IMG/VR virus record: IMGVR_UViG_3300038805_000284
Strand: one strand, 5' to 3'
Source: an uncultured virus (IMG/VR IMGVR_UViG_3300038805_000284)
Lineage: Duplodnaviria > Heunggongvirae > Uroviricota > Caudoviricetes
Length of the DNA stretch: 64,000 nucleotides
Part shown: in pieces, positions 18,201 to 26,765 of the stretch
How the letters are laid out: each line of letters begins with the position of its first letter
How positions within the stretch are numbered: the first letter of the stretch is position 1
Notes under the pieces: model-generated
What the model was told of the DNA's origin: nothing
Databases searched by the model: none
The model's input: only the letters and a program-made list of their open reading frames with translations
Position numbers and translations under genes: made by a program

Positions 18201-18495
18201 TAAACGGAATACCGTAAGAACTTAATTCTACTATAAAATCCCCACCATGCTCATAAGCATAGTTGAAATCAAGTGAAGATAACCCTAAAGTACTTTTTAG
18301 TTGATCAATATCAGAAACGATGTGTTTTGGAAGTTCGTCTAATGTTTCTGCGAAATAACCATCTTCAATGTCCTCATATTCTGCGGTATAGAGGATTGAA
18401 AAAGATGCTGTATACTTTGAACCTTCTTGAGCACGGATAGGACGTTTAGATTGCTTAGCTGTTCTGTTTGTTCTAATCGATTGTCTGCGTCTCAT
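15289..18495 (-). CDS. large modular low-complexity protein (Arg-rich linkers, acidic modules, P/Q/A-rich C-terminus); putative internal head/core protein
   Basis: Start at MRRRQS behind AGGAG; alternating basic and acidic blocks; function inferred only. Confidence 0.7.
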   Translation of the reverse strand: MRRRQSIRTNRTAKQSKRPIRAQEGSKYTASFSILYTAEYEDIEDGYFAETLDELPKHIVSDIDQLKSTLGLSSLDFNYAYEHGGDFIVELSSYGIPFKDIASIASRYRDDEDYVELKEGGYAFFHGVMTSSGEVVHRIGDIHKATESKSARRARRPISRLTAQRRINARKRFASFRRRFAYSDATLIFKVIYDYEDVENGLGFMFTGHLGPYIEDLAPQVEKDAQALQDTLNIRLHADTTPVNYTEDYVEYDIVSDDYLSEKYINSLNLESLYGRIPNGFGTLDRVMVMGGGMSGEYQGEDFTQYNELYGRNAARERKRSAYGPDGNVKVTVRISFPELESMGISWTPDGDTNQLVDQIYDSGIVSDIGQALTLNTSSGYDDGFEDPVSPSTISGDFIEFEYVSWNSYNKEDILDDSWEEDWLKQLYGQVKGSPVGTVTSIKINEGDRGEYEWSEVNEGASVFANKIALRRSIMASRRLRVRGSGLGGHVIYKVVVDKPKGYGTLVQTTNLTKAKDVFSEYIELVTGGFGTEIPYPVTLLEDDEVVDSWSPEADLDVDDMYEGDIDDIGFDVYSRRRRPQRRALRRPVRRPAPRRAMQRGRIVDSFAQPRRMKSYEELVAQSPADELLANIGDEEMWTANNELRRRRRRGPSKRSVKLNEDWTDAGYNRSIEAESPEELYHLVRSFGTEDDYDWSSSAPRQPGQYTQEEKEMGVTAADKTTEDYWGEYFGDYGKKWVENDVTRGVWKNFKDPKKKESMKRESELRRKARMRARMVNLRRRRAQEMDPMAEMPPAPQEPQQAPAQAPAQSPQKSTGRPPAPGGVPGAGAPPVQTAQPNPASGDESLKALGWTPEDIQLMTPDQKQKIIQISLNKPGSQVGQPANVPVRPLDQGQPPKKNPTGIPTGEVPQPQAPQAPQQAPQAPQQEMAPMARNRSRRSLSDRMKASRAFRMLAQELAPQQAPAPAPQQTPAPQPAPQAQSAPQQGQPAPAKQKIDPSKGVDDSSPEAQVFSLYQQVLAQEVEAATPTEVQAKKAQELMRRALNDLGMTPSDLKKLFGKDNLMSLFPN

Positions 18496-18505
18496 TATAT
18501 ACTCC

Positions 18506-19018
18506 TTACCGATTTTCCCTTCTCTCACGGGCCTTTTTGCGTTCTAGTGCGGCTTCTACGATTCTACGGCGTCTTGAGGCATTCCTTCTTGGGTCAAACT
18601 TAGCAGAACGCCTGGCACGGACTCTAGGATCAATTCTGCGGCTTCGCGCAAACTTCGGCTCGTTCGTAGTTGTGTCTGCACCCAAATCGGTATCGGGCAA
18701 ATCAAATTCATTCCAATTACTTTCAATCGCCGGATCTTTCCACGGTTTATTCAAAGTCGAATCCGGTCCCAATACTGCATCGCCCTTTTCAGTACTTGGA
18801 TAAGTAACAGGCTTTGGCGTAGTCTCAGGAATTCCAGCGGCTCTTGCAAAATCTCGCAAAGCTCTTTTCATATTAAAGAAAGAAGTTTTCTTTGAATAAC
18901 CTTGAGGATCTGTAATAATAATATCAGTACCACGTGAAGCAACCCGAATTGTCCACCCGTTTACCTGTACCGGACTACCTTTCAAAATTTCTGATTTAAT
19001 TCTCGCTAATCTTCTCAT
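18506..19018 (-). CDS. hypothetical Arg-rich protein
   Basis: Start MRRLARIK behind GGAG; repeated RRIDPR/KFDPRR. Confidence 0.7.
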   Translation of the reverse strand: MRRLARIKSEILKGSPVQVNGWTIRVASRGTDIIITDPQGYSKKTSFFNMKRALRDFARAAGIPETTPKPVTYPSTEKGDAVLGPDSTLNKPWKDPAIESNWNEFDLPDTDLGADTTTNEPKFARSRRIDPRVRARRSAKFDPRRNASRRRRIVEAALERKKARERRENR

Positions 19019-19034
19019 TTCTATTTCTCCGTTT

Positions 19035-19658
19035 TTAAGAATTAACAATAGAAAGGATAAACTTTCTTGCTTTGATGTTCATTGGCGAATTGGCATCCAG
19101 ACCGTGAACCTTAATCTGTCTATCATAATCTCTTTGTGTTCGGATACTCGAAGCAATCCTGGCCAAGTGGCTTCTGTTAAGCCTGGAATATCCTTTTGAC
19201 GCAGCCTTGGCCAAAACATCTTTAGCAGCGGATTTAGGGTAATTCCGTTTATAATGCGCTTCCAGTTTCTCAATTTCACCAACCGAATAGGAACCGTCTC
19301 TATCCTCTTTCCATTTGCGCTTGGTGAATTCACAAGCATTTTTCAAACCCACGTCTCTAGGATTCTTTTCAGATTCCATCTTGACTTCTTGGTAGGTTTC
19401 AAACTTACCAGCCGAAGGAAGATCCTTATTCTTTTCTTTTCCTTCGTCCCCCAGTGCTTTTAAGGCTTTCTCTTTAACCTTTTTGTTTTCATCCTTCTCT
19501 TTATTGAAAAGCCTTGAAAGATTCTCTTCATCATACTTTTCATCTTTTTCCTTCTCAGCTCGAATACGATGGGAAAATTCTCTCTCTAATCTTCGGTAAT
19601 TCATATCACCGTATGCTTTTTTTGAAAAGAAATTTAAACGGTCTGTAACGGATCTCAT
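19035..19658 (-). CDS. hypothetical charged protein
   Basis: 207-aa ORF with AAGGAG RBS. Confidence 0.7.
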   Translation of the reverse strand: MRSVTDRLNFFSKKAYGDMNYRRLEREFSHRIRAEKEKDEKYDEENLSRLFNKEKDENKKVKEKALKALGDEGKEKNKDLPSAGKFETYQEVKMESEKNPRDVGLKNACEFTKRKWKEDRDGSYSVGEIEKLEAHYKRNYPKSAAKDVLAKAASKGYSRLNRSHLARIASSIRTQRDYDRQIKVHGLDANSPMNIKARKFILSIVNS

Positions 19659-19713
19659 TGTTTACTCCTTATAAAGTAACTTGATGAAATATAATAACAT
19701 ATAACGGGCAAAA

Positions 19714-19902
19714 TCACTTAATCAAATCACGTAAAAGATATTGCTTTGCGCATTTACCGCAAAGAACTTTCAAAGGTAATTCCCCAAAAACTCTGTGAAG
19801 ATTAGCATTACAGCAAGGGGAAGTCAAATCGTCGCAATCTTCACAATCCTCTTTCAATGATTCCATTAAAGAATCGTACTGATTCTTTAATTTATCGTTC
19901 AA
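19714..19902 (-). CDS. small Zn-finger-like protein
   Basis: SPCC...CGKC motifs; start overlaps the upstream stop. Confidence 0.6.
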   Translation of the reverse strand: MNDKLKNQYDSLMESLKEDCEDCDDLTSPCCNANLHRVFGELPLKVLCGKCAKQYLLRDLIK

Positions 19903-21401
19903 CGTCTACGCTTTCTTCTAGCAGAAATGCTAAGCATTCCCTGCACTTGATCATCGCTCAGACTATTTACGTAATCTGCATCGTAACCTGTTAGGTTCAT
20001 TAGAGTTTGCCTGTCTTGATCTAATGGTTGTGCTGTAGGTGCTGACTGTGCCGTTTCTGCATACTCAACTTGTTCAGGTTCTTCTACAGGTTCTTGAGCC
20101 ATCCCAGCATTAGGATCCGTAAAGGTATCCAAAAAGAAATCTACCACCTCATCTGTCATGGAGCTAACATCTGCCTCAGATAACCCGGTCATCTCCATGA
20201 TGTATTGCCGGTATTCATCCACAGAACCGTATTGGGCATCCGTTTCTGCACCGTAGTTTCCGTAATCGTAATCATCATAACCGCTCAAAAACTGTTCACC
20301 TTGAAAGAATTCTTCAGGTCTTACATTCGTTTGTGCATACCCCAGTTCAGTATCCAAATCAGGTTGTGCAGGAGGGGGTTGGTTCTGAACATCGTACATA
20401 TCTTGATACGTTTGCATGTTTTCCCAATCAGGTTGTTGTCCATATTGCATTGGATACGTATCATCTAATTGCAATTCTTCACCAGAAGGATCTAATTCGT
20501 ATGTGCCTTGTTCACCGGGTCTTTGGTAATTCCAAGCATCTCTAATATCTTGAACACCCCTACCTACGGCAGTGTCGTTAAACCAATTCTTAAACTTATC
20601 AGTTCGTTGCTTCTGTCTGTCTTTGGTGCGGTCCCAACTACGGTTCCACATATTTTTCAAACCCTGCCCGATGCTAGGGGCAGCGATTTTATCAAAACTT
20701 GTGGCATAAATTTTAGACCAGTAATCGGCAGAATAGTCATCTAACCCAGACTTTTTTAACCAAACATTATGAAGATCGGCCTTGATGCGTTTCTTCAATT
20801 CTTTGGTCATCTGTTCGCCATACGGGCCGAAATACTTTTCCCAATAGTCTTTCGTAGTTTTATCTACAGAAATCTTTGTCGGCAACTTCATTGCGCTTTC
20901 AATTTCTTCTGCAATTTTGCCGTATTGCCGTCTCGCCTTATTAGGCCTGCCACCTTTAAAATCCCTAATAATGCTAGCAACAACCTTTTTACCAACAACG
21001 TCAACATGCTCTTGCACGTCTGCTGCTGTAATCCAAGGGATGTTCAGGTCTTTAGAAGTGCGTCTCGCCTTCATGCCTAAGAGAATGTACTTGGTGGCCT
21101 CTTTAACCTTTTTCTCGCCAAACCCGTTATAAAGTTCCCTCCACGAAAGAACCCTTGGTGCACCGGCATGACGCAACTTGAACGCCGTCAACTGATAACC
21201 GGAAACAATATCAGAAGGAATTCCGTAAAATACAGATGAATCGACCAGGTAAGAACCCCAAAGACCTAATGAAGTCGCAACAACCGGTTTCAAGTATTCG
21301 AAACTTTCCAGGTCATCTCTTTCGGCAGTTGTTCTGTGCAGTACAATGTTACCTTTTTCATCCGAAGTAGCACTCCATAATTTATGCGAACGTCTTTTCA
21401 T
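19899..21401 (-). CDS. hypothetical protein (basic N-half, acidic C-half); putative internal head protein
   Basis: 500 aa; shares the DKTTxDYWxxYFGxYG motif with the 15289-18495 protein. Confidence 0.7.
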   Translation of the reverse strand: MKRRSHKLWSATSDEKGNIVLHRTTAERDDLESFEYLKPVVATSLGLWGSYLVDSSVFYGIPSDIVSGYQLTAFKLRHAGAPRVLSWRELYNGFGEKKVKEATKYILLGMKARRTSKDLNIPWITAADVQEHVDVVGKKVVASIIRDFKGGRPNKARRQYGKIAEEIESAMKLPTKISVDKTTKDYWEKYFGPYGEQMTKELKKRIKADLHNVWLKKSGLDDYSADYWSKIYATSFDKIAAPSIGQGLKNMWNRSWDRTKDRQKQRTDKFKNWFNDTAVGRGVQDIRDAWNYQRPGEQGTYELDPSGEELQLDDTYPMQYGQQPDWENMQTYQDMYDVQNQPPPAQPDLDTELGYAQTNVRPEEFFQGEQFLSGYDDYDYGNYGAETDAQYGSVDEYRQYIMEMTGLSEADVSSMTDEVVDFFLDTFTDPNAGMAQEPVEEPEQVEYAETAQSAPTAQPLDQDRQTLMNLTGYDADYVNSLSDDQVQGMLSISARRKRRR

Positions 21402-21409
21402 AATGCCCT

Positions 21410-21691
21410 CTAATAGTAGTAATCAGACTTATAAGCAGTTGACTTTTCTTTTTCCAGCTTTTCCTTTTGATCTTTAATCCAAGATTGCAACAACTTAACG
21501 ATTGCTGTCAATTTGAAATCAAAAGTAGCAATAGAAACGGCTTCCAAACCCTTTAATGCGTTATCTATGAGATTAGAAAACATAGAGTTTTTCAAAGGAT
21601 TCATGAAAGCTTGACGCCTCTGGACATCCATCCCGTAGTCTGTTGCGATTTTTAATAAAAATTGTTCATATTCTCGTTTCATGGCTTCCAT
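21410..21691 (-). CDS. hypothetical protein
   Basis: 93-aa ORF in the array. Confidence 0.65.
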   Translation of the reverse strand: MEAMKREYEQFLLKIATDYGMDVQRRQAFMNPLKNSMFSNLIDNALKGLEAVSIATFDFKLTAIVKLLQSWIKDQKEKLEKEKSTAYKSDYYY

Positions 21692-21724
21692 TCTACTACA
21701 GATAACAAAACTTCTCTAAACCTG

Positions 21725-22261
21725 TCACTGCTCTTTTTTAGGTTCAAACTTCACCGGTTGGACATCTGCAATCATTTCACCGTCTTCTGATTCCTTAAAC
21801 GTGTGAGATGTTTCAAACAATTCTGAAATGGTTTTTGAAGGGGCATTTGTCATTATTTTGTTAGGTTCTTTTGAATTCACGCAAACACAATACATCCTCG
21901 AACGAAGTCTTTGGGCAGCATAATCTAACTTCAAAGAAGATCCTTCTAAATTTATATTCTTACAGTACCTAGATCGGCAAATGTATTCACGCTTGAATTC
22001 CGTGAAATTCATGCCGAAATACTTTTCAATCCACCCGTAAAGAGACACAAAGCTAATGCCTATATAATCTGCCATGCCTTGCGCATTTTGAAATATCCTG
22101 GCATCTAAAATAATCCCTTTGATAGGCTTCCCGTGTTCCACTTGTAAATCCAGGACATAAGAACTGTGTTCTTTCCTGCACTCATTGCAGTAATCCGTAG
22201 AAGCAGTCCTCTTAACGGAATTGCTACACCCCGGACTTTTGCATATGTTCAGCATTACCAT
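21725..22261 (-). CDS. Cys-rich protein with AraC-like HTH; putative transcription regulator
   Basis: N-terminal CKSPGC...YCNEC; AQGMADYIGISFVSLYGWIEKYFGMNFTEF resembles the first AraC HTH. Confidence 0.55.
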   Translation of the reverse strand: MVMLNICKSPGCSNSVKRTASTDYCNECRKEHSSYVLDLQVEHGKPIKGIILDARIFQNAQGMADYIGISFVSLYGWIEKYFGMNFTEFKREYICRSRYCKNINLEGSSLKLDYAAQRLRSRMYCVCVNSKEPNKIMTNAPSKTISELFETSHTFKESEDGEMIADVQPVKFEPKKEQ

Positions 22262-22273
22262 GTGAAAACTTCC

Positions 22274-22708
22274 TTACAGAATGTATTCTTTGATTGTGAA
22301 TTCTGTTCGAGGCTCGCCAATATATCTAGGATCGCCATCAATAATCTTTTCAGAAACAATCTTTCTGACAATCTTATCATCTTTTAAGATAGCGTTTATT
22401 TTCAGTCCCTTGACACCCTTAACAGGTTCTCCCTGTATTGCGTCAAGAACGATTGACGGCAGATTGTCCAAATCGGGTTCCCACTGTCTTCCGTGATAAA
22501 ACGTAAAATCCATTTCACAAAGGTAATCGATAGGTTCTTTTCCACCCTGGCTGACAAACTGTTCGTAAGCACTTCTGCCAAGTTCGACTCTGATTTTAGT
22601 CAATTGCGCGGAATGGCCAATAAACTTTCGTTTTCCTGCACCATAAATCTTAAGATCATTCTTCTGAACCTTTGGCCTGCCTTCTATAACGAACGTGAAT
22701 TCTTTCAT
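22274..22708 (-). CDS. rusA: RusA-like Holliday junction resolvase
   Basis: FVIEGRP, PDLDNLPSIVLDAIQG, LKDDKIV, PRTEFTI; ATGA overlap at the start. Confidence 0.82.
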   Translation of the reverse strand: MKEFTFVIEGRPKVQKNDLKIYGAGKRKFIGHSAQLTKIRVELGRSAYEQFVSQGGKEPIDYLCEMDFTFYHGRQWEPDLDNLPSIVLDAIQGEPVKGVKGLKINAILKDDKIVRKIVSEKIIDGDPRYIGEPRTEFTIKEYIL

Positions 22709-22947
22709 TTGCACCACCCTATGAGAATACTCATAATGTTCGGGTCAAGTTTCGCCAGATTCATAAAAATATAATCACGTTCCTCAACACCTGCTGACCA
22801 AACCTCGGACATCTTCTGACCGGAATACATCCCAGTCAAGATTTCTACATCATTTTCGATTATTTTGTAAGCTATCTGCTTATTCTTGTTAGAATATGCA
22901 GCATCTCTTTTTTGATAAATGGGATTGTATTGAACTCTGTCTTTCAT
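22705..22947 (-). CDS. hypothetical protein
   Basis: 80-aa ORF with overlapping start and stop on both sides. Confidence 0.65.
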   Translation of the reverse strand: MKDRVQYNPIYQKRDAAYSNKNKQIAYKIIENDVEILTGMYSGQKMSEVWSAGVEERDYIFMNLAKLDPNIMSILIGWCK

Positions 22948-23390
22948 GCTATGATTTTACTAGATGAAGCAAGTCCAATATCGTCTGACCTATAACGCAT
23001 TACCTGTTGTTCATACGCATTTGCTAAAAGCCTGTCCTGTTGGACATAGGATCTAAGCATGTAAATGGTATCCGGCTTAACCATAATAGAAACAAGCATA
23101 TCCAATGACGGGTAAACTTTCATCATTGATGTGGTTAACTTCGCTTTTCCTTCTTTTGTCTGCATAATCTGTTCTATATATCGGACAGGAAAAGATAAGT
23201 CAACTAAATAATCTTCTACATTCATGACACCGCCAAGATAAATGGAACTGCCACAAGAAATTAAAGCCAGTGGATTTTCCCCATCAAAAGGGCACCCAAT
23301 ATATTCAGAAGTGTTTTCAGGCTCCTCTTCCTTAACATCCTCATCTTCTTCTTTATTTTCGTGTTTTTCTAAATTCTCTTTGAAACTCAT
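22944..23390 (-). CDS. hypothetical protein
   Basis: 148-aa ORF, GGAGG RBS, translationally coupled. Confidence 0.7.
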   Translation of the reverse strand: MSFKENLEKHENKEEDEDVKEEEPENTSEYIGCPFDGENPLALISCGSSIYLGGVMNVEDYLVDLSFPVRYIEQIMQTKEGKAKLTTSMMKVYPSLDMLVSIMVKPDTIYMLRSYVQQDRLLANAYEQQVMRYRSDDIGLASSSKIIA

Positions 23391-25471
23391 GATACCTCCA
23401 TGACAGTTTTACCGTCTTTTTTGCGCGCTGTCCACACCTTGTCAAACCGAACAAGATCGCGAACCTTATCCGAATTGTCCGTTAAAAGCACCGTGCCACC
23501 ATTCATAACATCTGTCAAACTGTTCGCAATTCTTTGCGAATTATTGGCATCGATGAAACTGAAAATTTCATCTAAAATCATAAGATTGCACCCTTGAGAG
23601 GATACTTTAGCAATGTCATGCAAAGCCTTTGAAATTGCTAAGGAAATCTTTGCCATCTCACCATCGGAATACAACTTAGGTGAAATAACTTTCTCACCAT
23701 CCGAAATGGTAACTTCCACCTCTTTTTTGAGCATGGATGCAATGTCGCCAGAATTCTTTGCGTTTGCTTTCTCTGAAAAAGCGCTGATATTGATACGTAC
23801 TGAATCACCCGTCTCCGACAAGTATTCGTTTGCAGCGTTTGAAATATGTTGCATAGACACTGCCATCTTATGAAGTTTAATGCTAGGGATGTTATCGATT
23901 ATCCAATTCAAAATAATCAGGTCACCGTCTGCATTCTTCACTTCTTTCTTTAATGCCTTGATCTCTTTCTTAATCCCTTTAATGGTTTCCTTAACTGTAT
24001 CGATTTCATCTAATTTTGCTTTGGCCTGTTTGCTTTCAGAAACTTTCATTTCCCCGTAAGACTGAATCTCGGTTAACTTGGCCTGTATGCTGAAAATGTC
24101 CCTATCGATGTTTTGAAGCTGTTGCAAATAAACATCGCCTTTACTATTTTCAGCATCCATATTGGCATGAAATGCCTCAATCTCTTTACGGATAACTGCG
24201 ATTCTTTCCCGAATAGCAGACTTCTTCTGTTCTGCTTCTGTTTCTGCTTGTTGTTTGCTGTTTGAAATTTTCAGTTGAATTTCTTGATATGCCGCACTGT
24301 AAGTGTCCACTTGGTGTTGGTATTGGGCTATCCTGTTTTCTCTTTCTTGTTTGATTGCGTTCTTTACGCTTTCGGAAATTACAGAATTACACGTCGGGCA
24401 GTTGTCGTGATTCAAAAGGATGTTGCTTTCATTCTGTGCAGAACGCAATAACGTATTGAATTGAGAATACTCGGAATGGATTCTCATCATTTCTTGATTC
24501 AAATTCGGATCTTCTGTCGCCCTTATTCTGTAGGCTTCATTCTCCAACTGCGTGATTTCATTATTCTTTCTGTCAACCTCCATAGACCATGCTTCAATGA
24601 GATCGCCGTTAACCGCCTTATTAGACTGTTCCTGCACCTTCTTGAATTCATCTTGGGTCTCCCTTAATGTCTCTAGCATACTGCTGTATTCAATACGCTT
24701 GTTGGCAATCTCGGCTTCCAACGCATTGATAATGGCAACGTAATCGACACTCTTCAAGTTTTCATAATGGGATTCTGTGGCCTGTAAAGAGCCTTCTTTG
24801 TATGAAATCTCAGACTTCTTACCGTCAACAAAATCTTTGCAACTTTTTCTTTCTTTCCTGCAAGCATCGGAAACCTTATCCCATTCATCAATACCTACAA
24901 TACCTGCAAGCAAATCCATCCGATCCTTATTTGTACCTCGTAAGAAAACATTTCCGGATCTGTTAGTCATATAAGAAATTGCCAAAAACCTCTCATATTC
25001 CATCCCGACAATATCAGCAATCTTCTTTCTAGTATCGGGCATCCCAGAACCGGTTATGTTTTCCCAAACGCCTTTAGGCTTGCTGAATTTGTCCAAGTAC
25101 AGGCCAGTACCGCTAAATTTAGTATTGGTATCGTTATCAGGTTCGTACAAAGTGCCTTTCCAGTCCCTTAAATACGTAACCCTATACAGATGCCCATCCA
25201 ATGAATTGAATTCGATTCTACCGGCCATCCCGTTGTTCCAAACCTTGTTAACAACGGCATCCCCCTTTTCACCTGTCGGATTCTCTTGAAAAAGTAATTC
25301 ACAAATTGCATTGAACAATGAGGATTTACCTGCCCCGTTCGAATCTCCACCCTTATCTTCATTGATTCCTACAACATGAACAATACCAGAATCCTCTAAC
25401 GGAATGTTTTCAGACAATCCATAAGAGAACATTCCAGTCGGGTTAACATATTTGATGTTCAAGATACCCAT
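23387..25471 (-). CDS. sbcC: SbcC/Rad50-like (T4 gp46-like) SMC ATPase
   Basis: Walker A SNGAGKSS, coiled coil with CPTC zinc hook, signature YSDGE, Walker B MILDEIF. Confidence 0.9.
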   Translation of the reverse strand: MGILNIKYVNPTGMFSYGLSENIPLEDSGIVHVVGINEDKGGDSNGAGKSSLFNAICELLFQENPTGEKGDAVVNKVWNNGMAGRIEFNSLDGHLYRVTYLRDWKGTLYEPDNDTNTKFSGTGLYLDKFSKPKGVWENITGSGMPDTRKKIADIVGMEYERFLAISYMTNRSGNVFLRGTNKDRMDLLAGIVGIDEWDKVSDACRKERKSCKDFVDGKKSEISYKEGSLQATESHYENLKSVDYVAIINALEAEIANKRIEYSSMLETLRETQDEFKKVQEQSNKAVNGDLIEAWSMEVDRKNNEITQLENEAYRIRATEDPNLNQEMMRIHSEYSQFNTLLRSAQNESNILLNHDNCPTCNSVISESVKNAIKQERENRIAQYQHQVDTYSAAYQEIQLKISNSKQQAETEAEQKKSAIRERIAVIRKEIEAFHANMDAENSKGDVYLQQLQNIDRDIFSIQAKLTEIQSYGEMKVSESKQAKAKLDEIDTVKETIKGIKKEIKALKKEVKNADGDLIILNWIIDNIPSIKLHKMAVSMQHISNAANEYLSETGDSVRINISAFSEKANAKNSGDIASMLKKEVEVTISDGEKVISPKLYSDGEMAKISLAISKALHDIAKVSSQGCNLMILDEIFSFIDANNSQRIANSLTDVMNGGTVLLTDNSDKVRDLVRFDKVWTARKKDGKTVMEVS

Positions 25472-25483
25472 CGTGAAGCCTTT

Positions 25484-25666
25484 CTATTCTGTATAGTTAA
25501 CTCGCCAACATTGCACGTTATTTTTAAGATTCAAACCACGCTTCATCTTTCCGCCACATTTATTGCAAACATCTTCATGGTAATCCGGTTGTTCTTCAGT
25601 ATCTCCGAAAAGCATTTCTTGAACATTCCCACAAGATTCACATTCATAATCCGACAACTTAGGCAT
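25484..25666 (-). CDS. FmdB-like zinc-ribbon protein
   Basis: MP...DYECESCG..E......CNKCGGKMKR. Confidence 0.75.
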   Translation of the reverse strand: MPKLSDYECESCGNVQEMLFGDTEEQPDYHEDVCNKCGGKMKRGLNLKNNVQCWRVNYTE

Positions 25667-26756
25667 AAAATCCCTCCTTGAACTTCATAACCTTTTCAAT
25701 AATCTTTTCTCGCGAAAGATTCCCCAGATTCACAAACCCACTGTCTAAATACAGGTGCAAGTCATCAATGAGATTGTTAGACTGTGAAAAATCTACCACA
25801 TTGATTTTCTGAACAGCCTCGTACAGTCTCATGACTTCGACACGTCTACTGTTACTTTTCGTCTCTAAGTCCTTCCAGTATTCAGAGTCTGCAATACGGT
25901 CCACATCTGCTTTGGAACCTTTTATTCGAATCTCTACCAGTTGATCATTAAATTTCTCAACAGGTAATTGTAAATATTCAATCGTCGTTTCACTGTTTAC
26001 GACGATTTCATGACGGGTGAAAAAGGATCTGACCGGAAAGAATTCTCTTGAGAATTCCCACTTGCCGTTTTCATTCGTAACGGTGTATTCTGTCCAACCT
26101 CTTTCGGCATCCGAATCCGCCTTAGTTCTTTGCAGGACAGAACCTAAGTATCCACCCTGTGTATTCTTGAAAGGAAGGTCTTGCCTAACGTGAATGTCTC
26201 CTGCCAGAACCAGATTAAATTCAGGTAAATCGATAGTTTCTAACGGAATACCGGAATCATACGCTTGTGTCTTGGCTTCGTCTAAAAAGCATCCGGTAAC
26301 AGCATCATGAAACACAAACAAGTTAAACTTATTAAGATCAATTCTATAATTGTTAATATCAAAAACATGATCTGCCGGAAGTGAATGAATCAAGACATCC
26401 CCATGTTCAAATGTACTGGGTTTATCCATAATAAAAAAGTTATCAACATCCCGTAAAGATTCAGAAGTGTGCCACTTCATGGAGTTGTCCACGTAATCAT
26501 GGTTTCCAATTAAATGGTAATGAGGGATAATATATTCTTCTGATAAAATTACTTTGTCGGCACGAACCTTCACTTCGTCTAACGGTTCACGTTTCAAATA
26601 CCTGTCACCGGCAAACAAAGTAAAGTCGAATCCCTCCTTTTTCGCCTTCTGAAACAGGTATTTTTCAATCATTTCAGTATCTTCAATCGTAACACACCGG
26701 GCGCCTAGCTTATCCCAGTGCGTATCTGCCCATGCAATAAACCTATACGTAGCCAT
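25659..26756 (-). CDS. sbcD: SbcD/Mre11-like (T4 gp47-like) metallophosphoesterase nuclease
   Basis: ADTH, AGD, GNHD, HD, GDIH and YLGS motifs; near sbcC. Confidence 0.88.
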   Translation of the reverse strand: MATYRFIAWADTHWDKLGARCVTIEDTEMIEKYLFQKAKKEGFDFTLFAGDRYLKREPLDEVKVRADKVILSEEYIIPHYHLIGNHDYVDNSMKWHTSESLRDVDNFFIMDKPSTFEHGDVLIHSLPADHVFDINNYRIDLNKFNLFVFHDAVTGCFLDEAKTQAYDSGIPLETIDLPEFNLVLAGDIHVRQDLPFKNTQGGYLGSVLQRTKADSDAERGWTEYTVTNENGKWEFSREFFPVRSFFTRHEIVVNSETTIEYLQLPVEKFNDQLVEIRIKGSKADVDRIADSEYWKDLETKSNSRRVEVMRLYEAVQKINVVDFSQSNNLIDDLHLYLDSGFVNLGNLSREKIIEKVMKFKEGFYA

Positions 26757-26765
26757 GTTAAATCC

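Noticed and set aside
23387..25471. SbcC signature YSDGE as a sign of inactivation
   Set aside because: Walker A/B and the zinc hook are intact and phage gp46-like proteins vary here; not enough to call a pseudogene.
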